A stretch of DNA of 64,000 nt from an uncultured delta proteobacterium (GCA_963845515.1 CAWJSR010000029.1:192001-256000), one strand, 5' to 3'. Counted from the stretch's first letter, positions 33,558 to 46,350 are shown. Numbers and translations are program-made. The notes: generated by a model from the letters alone, not told the origin.

Positions 33558-34689
33558 CTACGCTCGCCAGCGGGCTGGCGGCAAGGCGAGAACGCGCTCC
33601 ATGAAGCCGGCGATCGCCTCCCCGCGGGCCCGCTCGGTGAACAGGGCGCTCATCCGCTCGCGGGCCGCCGCCCCCATGGCGCGCGCGCGCTCAGGGGCAC
33701 GGAGCAGCTCCAGGAGGGCGTCCGAGAGCCCGCCGACGTCACCCTGCTCCACGAGGAGCCCCGTGACGCCGTCCACGATGGCCTCTGCCGGCGCCCCGAA
33801 TCCGGTATGCGACGCCGGGCCGGCCCGCCGCCATACCCTCGAGGAGCGCGCGGCACGTCCCGTCGTTCCCTTCGGCGAGCAGGACCTTCACGTCGAAGGT
33901 CCGGTAGGCCGCCGCCAGCTCGGGGCCGCTCCGGTAGCCCGCGAAGAGGACCTCGTCCCGGAGCCCCCTGTGGCTCACGCGCACGCGCAGCCCCTCGAGC
34001 CCCTCCCCGCGCCCCACGACGACGAGCCGCGCGTCCGGTTCGCGGTCGACCACGCCGCGAAAGGCGTCGATCAGCTCCTCCAGGCGGCGCCCGGCCTTGA
34101 TGCGCGTGACGACGCCAGCGACCGGGGCTCCCGCCTCGATCCCCAGCTCGCCGCGGAGGTCGGGCCCGCCTGGGGCGAAGGCCGTCACGTCGACGGCGCC
34201 GCGGGTGGCCAGGATCCGCTCGGGTGCCACGCGGAAGCGCTCCTCGAGCAGGCGCGCGTGCGCGTCGCAGACGGCCACGAGCCCGTCGGAGGCGCGATGA
34301 CCGAGCCCCTGCATCGCGCGCGGCTCGAGCGAGCGGGAGGAGTGGACCGTGCGGACCACGCGGCGCGCCCCACGCCGCCAGAGCGCCAGGAGCGCGAGCA
34401 GGTGGTCGTGGGAGAAGTTGGCGTGGACGACGTCGAAGCCACGCGCGACGATGGCGAGCCGGCGCAGGTCGCCCAGGAAGGCGGCCGGTCCCGCGTTGGG
34501 GCCGAGGGTCAGATCCTCACGCACGTCGAGCCCGAGCTCCCGCAGCCTCGGGAGCATCGTGCCACCCCTGGCCGTCTCGACGCCGATCTGGACCTCGTGG
34601 CCGAGCCGCGCGAGCTCGCGCGCGACCGAGGCCATGGGCTCCGCGGGCCCCGTCCACCGGTTGCTGGCGAGGAGCTCCAGGACGCGCAT
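33558..34689 (-). CDS. Glycosyltransferase family 4 (frameshift near 33795)
   Basis: GT-B motifs DVVHANFSHDH and LLEGMAAGRP; the C-terminus VDGVTGLLV...LSDAL is in a second frame. Confidence 0.85.
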
Positions 34690-34692
34690 CGC

Positions 34693-35172
34693 TCACTTCC
34701 GCAGCGGTTCCAGCTTGCCGAGCAGCTCGGTGGTGGAGTGGTTCTTGGGATCGCCGGCGACCGCGACGCGTCCGCCGTACGCGCGGACCTCCGCCGCCTC
34801 CGGGATGGTCTCGGGGGTGTAGTCGGTCCCCTTCACCTGGACGTCGGGCTTGAGGAGCCGGATCACCGAGATGACGTCCTTCGTGTCGAAGAGGACCACG
34901 TGATCGACGCAGCGGAGGCCGGCCACGATCTCCGCCCGCTCCCCCTCCGGGATCACGGGCCGCGAGGGCCCCTTGTTGAGCCTCGTGGAGAAGTCGCTGT
35001 TGACCGCGACCACGAGGAGATCGGCCTCCGCCTTCGCCCCCTCCAGGTATCGCAGGTGGCCGACGTGGAAGAGGTCGAAGATGCCGTTGGCCATCGCGAT
35101 CGTCTTCCCCGCGGCGGTGGCGGCGGCCCGAAGCCGGGGAAGATCCTCGAGCGAGACGATGCGGTCGTTCAT
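34693..35172 (-). CDS. rfaE2: ADP-heptose synthase adenylyltransferase domain (RfaE2/HldC-like)
   Basis: NGIFDLFHVGH, VAVNSD, KGPSRP, VKGTDY; ATG at 35172 overlaps the upstream stop. Confidence 0.88.
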   Translation of the reverse strand: MNDRIVSLEDLPRLRAAATAAGKTIAMANGIFDLFHVGHLRYLEGAKAEADLLVVAVNSDFSTRLNKGPSRPVIPEGERAEIVAGLRCVDHVVLFDTKDVISVIRLLKPDVQVKGTDYTPETIPEAAEVRAYGGRVAVAGDPKNHSTTELLGKLEPLRK

Positions 35173-36186
35173 TGGGCGGGGCGGGCCAGCTCGGCCGCCA
35201 GCTCCTCGTGCGAGACGGTGGCGGTGCCAGGCTTCAGGACCTGCAGCGCGCCAGCCACGTTGGCGAGCCGGGCGGCGAGCTCGAAGTCCCCGCCGGCGGC
35301 GAGCCCAGCCGTGAAGGCTGCGGCGACGGTGTCGCCCGCGCCGGTCACGTCCACCGCCTCCGCGCTGCCGTGCGCGGCGACGTGGAGCGGCGCTGCTCCC
35401 CGCCGGAACAGCGACATGCCGTTCCGCCCGCGGGTCACGAGCAGCACGTCGCAGTCGACCTGCCGCAGGAGCTTCCTGGCCGCCTTCTCGAGCCCGCCGG
35501 GCTGGGAGAGGCTCACGCCCGTGGCGGTCTCGAGCTCCACCTCGTTCGGCTTCACCATCGTGAGGTGGGTATAGGAGCGGAGCCCGTAGCGCGAGTCGAC
35601 GCATACGGGGACGCCGCCGCGCTTGACCCGCCTGAGAACCTCGACCAGCTCTGGGCCGATGGACGCCGGAGCCGTAGTCGCTCGCCAGGATCGCCCGGGC
35701 GCGGCGGCTCCCGCGCGTCACTGAGGCCATGAGCTGCTTGATTACGCGGGGCGACAGCGGCTCCCGGGGGGCCCGATCCAGCCGGATCATCTGCTGCCTG
35801 CGCGTCGATCGCCCGCCGGCGAGGATCCGGGTCTTGGCCTCGGTCAGCCGCCCCTTCACGCGGACGATCCCCGCGACGTCGATCCCCTGACCCTCGAGCT
35901 CGTCGAGGAGCGCCGTGCCCAGCGCGTCGTCGCCGACCACGCCGACGGCGCGGACCTTCACGCCGAGCGCGGCGAGGTTGGCCGCGGCGTTCCCGGCGCC
36001 GCCCGCCTTCAGCTCGGACGACTCGTAGCGGACTATGAGGACCGGTGCCTCACGGCTGATCCGCTCCGTCTCGCCGAAGACGTACTCGTCGGCGACGAAG
36101 TCGCCGACCACGACCACCTCGGCCTCCGGGAAGGCGGGCACGAGCGCGGCAACCTGGGAGAGATCCGGCTCTCGGGAGGGGGGCAC
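35169..36186 (-). CDS. rfaE1: D-glycero-beta-D-manno-heptose-7-phosphate kinase (RfaE1/HldA-like, PfkB family; frameshift near 35660)
   Basis: RISREAPVL, GGAGNAAAN, KTRI, SDYG in one frame; KPN and DVTGAGDT in the second. Confidence 0.88.
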
Positions 36187-36217
36187 GCCGGTTTCCTACC
36201 GCGCCCCCCCGAGGGCG

Positions 36218-37099
36218 TCAAACATCACGGGGCGGGCGCGTCTCGCCGTCGGGGCGGGTCTTCCAGCGCCTGTGGAGCCAATACCAGCGGTCCGGATGGA
36301 GCCGCACCCAACGCTCCAGCCGGTCGTTCAGATCCTGCATGAACGCGAGCACGTCGCGCTCCCGGTCGCCGGTGTCGGGGACCGCGAGCGGCCCCTCCAC
36401 CACGACCTTGTGGCGCCCGTCCTCGAGCGGGACAGACACGGCGAAGATGACCGCGGCGCCCGTCCGCAGCGCGAGCCACGCGGGCGTGGCCGCAGTCGCG
36501 GCGGGGACGCCGAAGAAGGTGGGGAAGATGGCGCGCCGCTTCTGCTGGTTCTGGTCGATGACGTAGCCGAGGACGCGCCCCTCCTTGAGCGCGCGCGTCG
36601 CCGCCTTGAGCGTCTCGCCCCTGCGGACGATCAGGTCCTCGACCCCCGAGCGGCGGCGCGTCTCGCGCCAGAGGTCGTTCGCGCCCGACTTCCCCATCTC
36701 CCGGGTGATCATGGTGACCGGGATGCCGCGAAGCGTCTGCGCCGCGGCGAGCAGGTCGAAGTTCCCGAAGTGGCCGGTGCAGGCGACGACCCCCTTCCCC
36801 TCCGCCTTCGCCCGCTCGTACACGTCCCAGCCCTCGTACACGAAGAGCCGCTCCAGCTCCTCCTTCGTGAGGCTGGGGACCCGCAGGAAGTCGGTGATCA
36901 TCCTCCCGAGGTTCAGGAAGGTCCGGCGCGCGATCTCACGCCGCTCGGCCTCGCTCTTCTCCGGGAAGGCGAGCTGGAGGTTGGACATCACGACGCCGCG
37001 GCGGACGTGGAGCGCCCATACTACCCAGCCGAGGAAGGTGCCGAAGGCGTCGAGCCAGCTGCGCGGAATCCTGGCGAGCAGTCGAAGGAGCGTTCCCAT
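36218..37099 (-). CDS. Lipid A biosynthesis acyltransferase (LpxL/HtrB-like)
   Basis: H-x4-D/E motif GHFGNFD, DQ, FFG and PDRWYWLHRRWK; TGATG overlap with lpxK. Confidence 0.88.
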   Translation of the reverse strand: MGTLLRLLARIPRSWLDAFGTFLGWVVWALHVRRGVVMSNLQLAFPEKSEAERREIARRTFLNLGRMITDFLRVPSLTKEELERLFVYEGWDVYERAKAEGKGVVACTGHFGNFDLLAAAQTLRGIPVTMITREMGKSGANDLWRETRRRSGVEDLIVRRGETLKAATRALKEGRVLGYVIDQNQQKRRAIFPTFFGVPAATAATPAWLALRTGAAVIFAVSVPLEDGRHKVVVEGPLAVPDTGDRERDVLAFMQDLNDRLERWVRLHPDRWYWLHRRWKTRPDGETRPPRDV

Positions 37100-38220
37100 C
37101 ACCGCCCCCGTTCTCCCCCGGGAGAGAGCGCGGCGTCCAGCGCCGCGTCGAGCAGCTCTCCTCCGCGCACGATCTCGGCATGAATGCGGAGGACCGCGAC
37201 GCGGGGATCGCGGGCTGCGGACTCCGGCAGCCGGACCGCGTCCTTCTCCGTGGTTATGACCAGCGCGCAGCCTCGACGGCCCGCGGCTCGCAGCGCCTCC
37301 TCCAGGTCGTGCTCGCTGAACCGGTGGTGGTCGGGGTGACGCTGCTCCCCGCCGATCTCCGCGCCGAGCCCCTCGACCGTCCGCCTGAAGGAGCCCGGGC
37401 GCGCCAGCCCGGAGAGAAGGAGCACGCGCTGCCCGCGCAGTGCTCCAAGCCCGAGCGGCCGGGAGAGCATCCCGTCGAGCAGCTCCTCGGGGGCGTGGCG
37501 GGACTCCACGAGCCCCGCGCCGGACGCCTCGCGCGCGAGGGACCTGAGCCGCTCGAGGGGCTCGGCGCCGTCGGCGCCAACCTGGTCGACGCGCGAGAGC
37601 CAGACTAGCCCGGCGCGACGGAGCGCCGAGGGCGGCTCGCGGTTGGGCCCCGCCGGGAGCAGACGGCCGTTTCCGAAGGGGTTGCTGGCGTCCAGCAGGA
37701 CGACGTCGAGGTCGCGCCCGAGCTTGCGGTGCTGGAAGCCGTCGTCGAGCAGGAGCACGTCTGCCCCGAACTCCGTCACGGCGCGCCTGGCCACGTCGGC
37801 CCTGCGGGGGCCACACAGGACCGGCACGCCGAACAGCCTGCGCGCGAGCAGGACCGGCTCGTCCCCGCCCTCCGCGGCACCGAGCAGCACCCGCTCACCG
37901 TTGGAGACCACCCGCGGATCTGAGCGCGTGGCACCGTACCCGCGCGAGAGGATCGCCACGCGGCGGCCCCGCGCCTTCAGCCGCGCCGCGATCGCGGCGG
38001 TCGCGGGGGTCTTCCCGGCGCCGCCGACCGCCAGGTTGCCGATGGAGATCACCGGGACGCCTGCCCGCGTCACGATCGCCATGCCACGGTCGTACGCCGC
38101 GCCACGCAGCGCCACGGCCAGCCCGAAGAGCGCCCCGGCGGGCGCCAGTGCCAGCCCGACCCCGCGCGCCGCGATACCGCTGGGGGCGCCCCACCAGGTC
38201 TCCTCCAGGAGGCTCGTCAC
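37099..38220 (-). CDS. lpxK: Tetraacyldisaccharide 4'-kinase
   Basis: SIGNLAVGGAGKTP, SRGYG, GDEP, DDGFQH, LLPAGPNRE, DHH, TTEKDAVRL. Confidence 0.94.
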   Translation of the reverse strand: MTSLLEETWWGAPSGIAARGVGLALAPAGALFGLAVALRGAAYDRGMAIVTRAGVPVISIGNLAVGGAGKTPATAAIAARLKARGRRVAILSRGYGATRSDPRVVSNGERVLLGAAEGGDEPVLLARRLFGVPVLCGPRRADVARRAVTEFGADVLLLDDGFQHRKLGRDLDVVLLDASNPFGNGRLLPAGPNREPPSALRRAGLVWLSRVDQVGADGAEPLERLRSLAREASGAGLVESRHAPEELLDGMLSRPLGLGALRGQRVLLLSGLARPGSFRRTVEGLGAEIGGEQRHPDHHRFSEHDLEEALRAAGRRGCALVITTEKDAVRLPESAARDPRVAVLRIHAEIVRGGELLDAALDAALSPGGERGR

Positions 38221-39208
38221 CGCAGCATCTCGCGAACGGCGGCCACCACCGTCTCGGGGGTGAGGTCGCCCATGCAGCGGTGGTGCCGCTCCGGACAGAC
38301 GTCGCCGCCGTGGTTGGAGCACGGGGAGCAGCGCAGCCCGAGCGCGATCGCGCGCCCAGGCGGCGGCGGACCCCAGCGCGCGACGGACGTCGGGCCGAAG
38401 AGCGCCAGTACCTTCGTACCGACCGCGGTCGCGAGGTGGACCGGCCCCGAGTCGCAGGCGACGAGGAGCTGGACGCGGGCGAGCGCGGCGGCGAGCGCGT
38501 CGAGCGGGAGGAAGGAGGAGATCGGCCTCGACGCGGCAGCGGACCGCCGCGCGGAAGGCGGCGAACGCGTCCCTGTCGCCAGGGCCGCCGGCCAGGACGA
38601 TCCGGATCCCGTCGGCGGCGAGGGCGTCGGCCACGGCGGCGAAGCGCTCGGCGGGCCAGCGCTTGGTGGCCCACCGCGCGCCAGGTGCCAGCGCGACCGC
38701 CGGCGCCTCCAGCCCGCGCAGCGCATCGGCGGCGAGCGCCTTCGCCTGGCCGGAGAGCGCGATCTTCACGCGCCCTGGCCCGCCGACCCCGAGGTGGGAC
38801 GCGGCCTCGGCGTAGAGCCGCGTCTGGTGTGCGCGCACGAGCGGCGGAATCCTGCCCGAAGAGCGAGAGGAGGCCCTGCCCCAGCGTCCGCCGCCGGAAG
38901 GCCGCCCGCTGCGGCGCGGCGGCCGCGGCGATGAGCCCGCTCTTGACCTTGTTCTGGAGGTCCAGCGCGATGTCGAACTGCCCGCGCAGACGCGAGGCGA
39001 GGGCCCAGGGGGACTCCTCGCCGTCCCGCCCGAGGACGTGGACCTCCGCGATCTCGGGGAGCCCGCGGAGCAGCGGCGCATAGGGGGCGCTGGTCACCCA
39101 CTCGATGCGCGCGTCCGGGAAGGCGCTGCGGAGGGGCTCCAGCAGTGAGGTCGCGAGGACCACGTCGCCGAGCGCGCTGTACCGGATCACGAGGATGCGC
39201 GTCGTCAC
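38217..39208 (-). CDS. Glycosyltransferase family 9 heptosyltransferase (frameshifts near 38850 and 38520)
   Basis: ILVIRYSALGDVV, DLQ, PGARWATKRWP and DSGPVHLA...LFGPT spread across three frames. Confidence 0.85.
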
Positions 39209-40488
39209 GGGTGCTCCGGGTTCGTGGGCAGCAGGCCCAGCATGTGGTCGACGTTGCGCGCGCTCGCGCCGCGGATGGCGCTGACCGCCTGGCGCGCGAG
39301 CCGCCCCAGCTCGTCCAGCTGGTCCGGGCGGGACAGCAGCTCGTCCGCGACCCTGTAGAGCTGATCGGCGCTGGCCACCTGGATCCCGCCGCGTCCCTGG
39401 AGGACCTGCACGGAGTCCTTGAAGTTCTCCATGTGCGGGCCGAACAGGACCGGCTTCCCCTGCGCGGCCGGCTCCAGGAGGTTCTGACCGCCCCGCGTGA
39501 CGAAGCTGCCCCCGATGAAGACCAGGGTGGCGAGCCGGTAGGCCGCAGCGAGCTCGCCGATCGAATCGAGGACCGTCACCGGCGCCGACCCTGCGACCGT
39601 CCCCACGCTGCGCAGCCGCACGCCCAGCCCCTCCGCGGCGGCCAGGGCGAGGATGCGCCCAGCCCGCTCCAGGTACCGCGGCGCGATGACGAGCTGCAGC
39701 CCTGGGTAGCGGACGAGCAGCCGCCGATAGACGTGGAGGATCGGCTCCTCCTCCCCCTCGTGCGTCGACCCGGCCATGAAGACGGGGCGGTCGGGGTCGA
39801 GCCCCATCTCCTTCCGGAGCTGCTCCGAGCGCGCCGCGCCAGTGTCCAGCAGGAGCGCGTCGAACTTGGTGTTTCCCGTGACCCAGACGCGGGCCGGCGC
39901 CGCCCCCAGCGCGAGCACCCGCTCCGCCTCCTCGTCCGAGCGCATCAGGAAGCAGTCGATGTTCCTGAGCGGGTTGCCGATCGCGCCGAAGAAGAACCGG
40001 TAGCGCGACACCTTCTCGGGGTTGAAGCGGCCGTTGGTGAGCGCGATCGGGACGCCGGCCACGTGCGCTGCGCGGATCAGGTTCGGCCAGATCTCGGTGT
40101 ACTCCAGCACCAGGAGATCGGGGCGCAGCCGGCGCACGGCGCGGCGCGTGGCGCCGAAGAGATCGTACGGGGCGTAGACCACGACGTCGGCCTCGACGAG
40201 CTTCCGCCTGGCCATCTCGATGCCGCTGTTGGTGATCGTCGTGACGATGATGCAGGCATCCGGAATCCGCGCGCGCAGCTCGCGCATCATCGGCTGGAGC
40301 GAGAGCAGGTCGCCGGCGCTCGCGCCGTGCAGCCAGACGCGCCTCCCCCCCCTCTTCCCCGCGTCGAAGGCGCGGCCGTAGAGCCCCAGCCGCGCCGCGA
40401 TCCCGTGCCGCAGCTTCGGGTGCACGAGGAGCGCCGGCAGGACGGCGGCGAAGAGCAGGTAGCTCGCGAGGACGTAGAGGAGGTGCAC
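39205..40488 (-). CDS. waaA: 3-deoxy-D-manno-octulosonic acid (Kdo) transferase
   Basis: VWLHGASAGD, TEIWPN, TGNTKFD, AGSTHEGEE, GGSF..GGQNLLEPA, GPHMENF. Confidence 0.93.
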   Translation of the reverse strand: MHLLYVLASYLLFAAVLPALLVHPKLRHGIAARLGLYGRAFDAGKRGGRRVWLHGASAGDLLSLQPMMRELRARIPDACIIVTTITNSGIEMARRKLVEADVVVYAPYDLFGATRRAVRRLRPDLLVLEYTEIWPNLIRAAHVAGVPIALTNGRFNPEKVSRYRFFFGAIGNPLRNIDCFLMRSDEEAERVLALGAAPARVWVTGNTKFDALLLDTGAARSEQLRKEMGLDPDRPVFMAGSTHEGEEEPILHVYRRLLVRYPGLQLVIAPRYLERAGRILALAAAEGLGVRLRSVGTVAGSAPVTVLDSIGELAAAYRLATLVFIGGSFVTRGGQNLLEPAAQGKPVLFGPHMENFKDSVQVLQGRGGIQVASADQLYRVADELLSRPDQLDELGRLARQAVSAIRGASARNVDHMLGLLPTNPEHP

Positions 40489-40500
40489 GGAGGCCGATGT

Positions 40501-41584
40501 CTACTCCAAGGCGACGGGGTTGGTGAAGAGCCATGGACGACCGTCGACCGTCCCCTCGACCCGGTAGCTCCCCGGCGCACATCCGGCCTCGCAGAAGCGC
40601 ACGCCCGCGCCGGGCTGGGCAGGGGCGGACCGTGCCTCGACCTCGCGGCCGTCGCGCAGCAGCCTGAGCCGCACGTCACCACGCTGCGGGGAGTCGAGCG
40701 TCAGGTAGAGCCCCGCGCCCGGCACCCTCGCCAGCCGCAGCGAGGAGGCCGGCGCGACGCCGTCGTACACGCACGCCGCGCGGCCGTCGAGCAGCGCGTC
40801 CAGCACCGCGCGGGTGTCCGCCACCGCCTCGCCGGTGAGCGTGACCGGGACGTGCATCGAGAAGGCCCCGAAGGCGGCGGCGTAGCTCGGGTACCCGTGC
40901 GCATCGGCCGAGCAGAGCAGGACCGGCGGCGGTCGCCCGCCCGCGCGCGCCGCGGCGACCTCGGTGTCGAAGCGTGCCAGCTCCTCGGTCGGGAAGCGCG
41001 AGAGCCAGAGGACGGCCTGCGGCTCGTCGAAGGGGAGCGCGAGGGCCGCGAGCAGGATCCGTCCGACGGCGCGCTCCTGGAGCGCCTGGTACCAAAAGCT
41101 GTCGTTCGAGACGACCTCGAAGCCGCGCCAGGCACCTCGCCCCCAGCCGGTGAATGGGCGCCGCGGGTGGAGCGGGTGCGCGAGCACCGCGGCGCCACCG
41201 GCGGCAGCGGTCCGGCCGAGCGGATCCGCCTTCTCGGCCGCACCGGGAGCGGCGGGGAGCCCCACCGCCACGACGTGGCCGAAGGCGCTGGAGATCTCGG
41301 TGACCTCCACCACCAGCACGCCATCGCGGTAGCCGGCGTCTGACGGGGTGAGCACGTTGTGGTCGGCGACCACGATGTACTGGAGCCCGGCCCGCCTGCG
41401 CCGCGCGCACGACCTCGTCGAGCGTGCCCAGCCCGTCCGAGCGGGTGGTGTGGACGTGCCACGCGCCGCGGATCTCGCCGGGTGGGAGCGTGCTCCCTGG
41501 AGCCCGCCGCCAGAGCGTCCAGCCGCCGAAGGCGAGCCAGCCGGCGAGGGCCAGGAGCAGCGCGGCGACGAGCCCTCTCTTCAT
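40501..41584 (-). CDS. PHP-domain metallophosphoesterase with N-terminal TM/signal segment (frameshift near 41392)
   Basis: HVHTTRSDG, DHN, E..GH, AHP, ADAH metal ligands; hydrophobic N-terminus MKRGLVAALLL. Confidence 0.78.
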
Positions 41585-41609
41585 GCGATCGGCCGGTCGC
41601 GGCGCTCGC

Positions 41610-43457
<1,848 letters not shown>

Positions 43458-43532
43458 CCTAGTGCAAAGCCCGCCCGCATGCATTCCCCTGCACGGCAGG
43501 GCCGCAGGCCCGCGCCTGGACCGCGCGGCGCG

Positions 43533-45605
43533 CTATTCCTCGACCCCCTTGACCTTGCCCTCCGAGCGCCGCCTCTCGATGATCTTCTGGGCGATCGGGG
43601 GCGGGACCGGCTCGTAGTGAGAGGACGCCATCGTGAAGTACCCGACGCCTTGCGTGAGGGAGCGGAGGTCCGCGTCGTAGCTCATCGCCTCGGCGTGCGG
43701 GCAGAGCGCCTTGATCACGACGCCGCGCACCGCCGGCTCCATCCCCTGCACCTTGGCGCGCCGGCTGTTGAGGTCACCCATCACGGCGCCGACGTACTCC
43801 TCCGGGACGCGCACCTCGAGGCTCATGATCGGCTCGAGGAGGATCGGGCGCGCCTCCATGACCGCCTTCTTGAAGGCCATCGAGCCGGCGACCTGGAACG
43901 CCATGTCCGAGCTGTCGACGTCGTGGTAGGTGCCGAAGACGAGCTTCGCCCTGAAGTCGACCACCTGGTAGCCGGCGAGCGGCCCGGCGCCGATGGCGCC
44001 GCGGATCCCCTTCTCCACGGAGGGGATGAACTGGCGCGGGATGGCGCCGCCGACGATCGCGTCCTCGAACTCGAAGCCGGCGCCGCGCGGGAGCGGCGAG
44101 AGCTCGACGTGCGCGTCGCCGTACTGGCCGTGACCGCCCGTCTGGCGCTTGAACTTGCCCTGCGCCTTGGCGGAGGCGGTGATGGTCTCCAGGTACGAGG
44201 GCGTCGGCGGCGCGAGCGCGATCTCCACGCCGTGCTTCCGCTTCACGCGCTCCACCGTGACCTCGATGTGCGCCTGCCCCATCCCCATGATGAGGAGCTC
44301 GGCCGTGTCCGGGTTCCGCACCAGCTCCAGCGAGGGGTCCTCCTCGATGAGCTTGTGCAGCGCCGCCGCGGCCTTGTCGTCGCCCGCCTTGGCATGCACC
44401 GCGAAGGCGACCGGGCGGGAGTGCTGCTTGAACTCGGGCAGCAGGATCGGCACGTCGCGATCGCAGAGCGAGTCGCCGGTGCGAGCGTCCTTCAGCTTGA
44501 GCAGCACGACGAACTCGCCGGGTCCGGCCTCGGTCACCTCGACCGTCTGGGCACCGTCGGTGCGGTACAGGTGGGCCACCCGCTCCTCGGCGCGGCTGCG
44601 CGGGTTCATGAGCACGCCGTCGGACTTGAGCGTGCCCGAGAAGACGCGCAGGTAGTCTATCCGCCCAGCGTAGTGGTCGATCGTGGTCTTGAAGACCTGC
44701 GCGCTGAAGGGGGCGTCTGGCGCAGCGCTCCGCTCCGTCTCTCGGCCGGCCAGATCCCTTCCCAGCACCTTGCGGGCTTCCGGGCCAGGGAGGATCCGGA
44801 CCGTCAGCTCGAGCAGCTCGCGGACGCCGATCCCGGCCTTGGCCGCGACGCAGGCGATCGGGAGGAACTTCTGGGCGCGCGCACCCGCGGCGAGCCCGCG
44901 GTAGATCTCCTCCTCGGTGAGCGCCGCGCCGTCGAGGTACTTGCCGAGCAGCTCGTCGTCCGACTCGGCCGCCGCCTCCAGCAGCGCCGTCCTGAGCCGC
45001 TCCGCCTCGGGCTTCAGGGCGGCCGGCACCACGACCTCCGTCCACCTCGCGAAGCTCTTCGCGTCGGCCAGGTGCAACTTCATGGTCACCAGATCCACGA
45101 TCCCCGTGCAGCCCGGCCCGGCGCCGAAAGGCAGGTGGAGCGCGACCGGGCGGACCTTGAGCGACGCCTCGACGTCGCCGAGGGCCTTGCCGAAGTCGGC
45201 GCCGTCCCCGTCGATGCGGGTGAGGACACCGATCGCGGGCACGCCCGCCTCTGCGAGCACGTCGAAGGTCCGCTCGGCGCGGTTGTGGACGCCATCGACC
45301 GCCGAGACGGCCAGGAGCGCCCCATCGGTCACCTGGAGCGCCCACTCGACCTCGGCGAGGAAGGCGCTGAAGCCCGGGCAGTCGAGGACGTTGAAGAGAC
45401 GGCCGCTCTCCTCGAAGGTCTCGGGGTGGAGCGAGAGCGTGAAGTTCCGCTTCTTCTCCTCGGGCTCGGCGTCGAGCCGCGAGCTGGATCCCTCGGGGCT
45501 GGCGCGCTTGGGGTCGGCGGCTCGGAGCAGGGCCTCGACGAGGGCGGTCTTGCCGGCGCCGTCGGCGCCGAGCATCGAGAAGGTGCGGATCACGCGGTTG
45601 GCCAT
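43533..45605 (-). CDS. Elongation factor G paralog (EF-G2-like)
   Basis: 690 aa with EF-G domains (EEDPSL, GMGQAH, QTGGHGQY, YHDVDSS, ILLEP, GDLNSRR). G motifs are divergent: GADGAGKT, DCPGF, TRID. Confidence 0.9.
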   Translation of the reverse strand: MANRVIRTFSMLGADGAGKTALVEALLRAADPKRASPEGSSSRLDAEPEEKKRNFTLSLHPETFEESGRLFNVLDCPGFSAFLAEVEWALQVTDGALLAVSAVDGVHNRAERTFDVLAEAGVPAIGVLTRIDGDGADFGKALGDVEASLKVRPVALHLPFGAGPGCTGIVDLVTMKLHLADAKSFARWTEVVVPAALKPEAERLRTALLEAAAESDDELLGKYLDGAALTEEEIYRGLAAGARAQKFLPIACVAAKAGIGVRELLELTVRILPGPEARKVLGRDLAGRETERSAAPDAPFSAQVFKTTIDHYAGRIDYLRVFSGTLKSDGVLMNPRSRAEERVAHLYRTDGAQTVEVTEAGPGEFVVLLKLKDARTGDSLCDRDVPILLPEFKQHSRPVAFAVHAKAGDDKAAAALHKLIEEDPSLELVRNPDTAELLIMGMGQAHIEVTVERVKRKHGVEIALAPPTPSYLETITASAKAQGKFKRQTGGHGQYGDAHVELSPLPRGAGFEFEDAIVGGAIPRQFIPSVEKGIRGAIGAGPLAGYQVVDFRAKLVFGTYHDVDSSDMAFQVAGSMAFKKAVMEARPILLEPIMSLEVRVPEEYVGAVMGDLNSRRAKVQGMEPAVRGVVIKALCPHAEAMSYDADLRSLTQGVGYFTMASSHYEPVPPPIAQKIIERRRSEGKVKGVEE

Positions 45606-45682
45606 GGTTGGTGTTCTCCGATTCGCCTAGTCTGCAACGGAGGGCGGCCGCGCGCCACGGCTGATTTGCGGTGGAGCCGCGG

Positions 45683-46336
45683 TCAGCCGTGCAGGAACGT
45701 CCCGGGCAGGGCCTCGCCTACCCCGTCCATCATGAACTGAATGGCGACCGCGACCAGCAGGAGCCCCGCCGCCCGCTCCACGATGGCGAGGGCGCTCCGG
45801 CCCAGGACACGCTCCGTGCGCGCCGCGCCCGAGAGGATCAGCCAGGTCGCGAAGCAGGTCACGGCGATGGCGAGCAGGACCGGCAGGGCCTGCCAGCGGC
45901 CGTGATCGTGGGTGCGGGACATCAGGACTATGGCGGTCGCGATCGACCCGGGGCCGGCGAGGAGCGGCATGGCGAGCGGGACGATGGCGGGATCGTCCTT
46001 CTCCGCCCCCGCCGCAACCTCCACGTCGGTGATGCGCGCCTTGGACGGCTGGGTCCGGATCATGTCGAGCGCGATGAGGAGCAGGACGACGCCGCCGGCC
46101 ACCTTGAACGCCGCGAGGGTGACCCCGAGCCAGGAGAGGATGGACGCGCCTGCGAGCGCGAAGAAGGCCAGGACGACGAAGGCGGTCACCGAGGCGCGGA
46201 GCGCCGCGTTGCGCCTGGTCGCCACCGTGTCGCCGCGGGTCACGGCCAGGAAGAACGGGACCGCGGCGATCGGGTCGACGACGAAGAAGAGCGCCGAGAG
46301 CGCGACCAGGAAGCTGCTGGTGACCTCGGCGAGCAC
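45683..46336 (-). CDS. MarC family integral membrane protein
   Basis: LFFVVDP, AFKVAGG, AIVPLAMPLLAGPGSI motifs; GTG at 46336. Confidence 0.9.
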   Translation of the reverse strand: MLAEVTSSFLVALSALFFVVDPIAAVPFFLAVTRGDTVATRRNAALRASVTAFVVLAFFALAGASILSWLGVTLAAFKVAGGVVLLLIALDMIRTQPSKARITDVEVAAGAEKDDPAIVPLAMPLLAGPGSIATAIVLMSRTHDHGRWQALPVLLAIAVTCFATWLILSGAARTERVLGRSALAIVERAAGLLLVAVAIQFMMDGVGEALPGTFLHG

Positions 46337-46350
46337 TGCCCGTTCCCCCT

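Noticed and set aside
34693..36186. Apparent bifunctional HldE fusion (497-aa ORF)
   Set aside because: The middle of the ORF is out-of-frame junk. The kinase C-terminus is in another frame ending at 35169, and the transferase has its own ATG at 35172.
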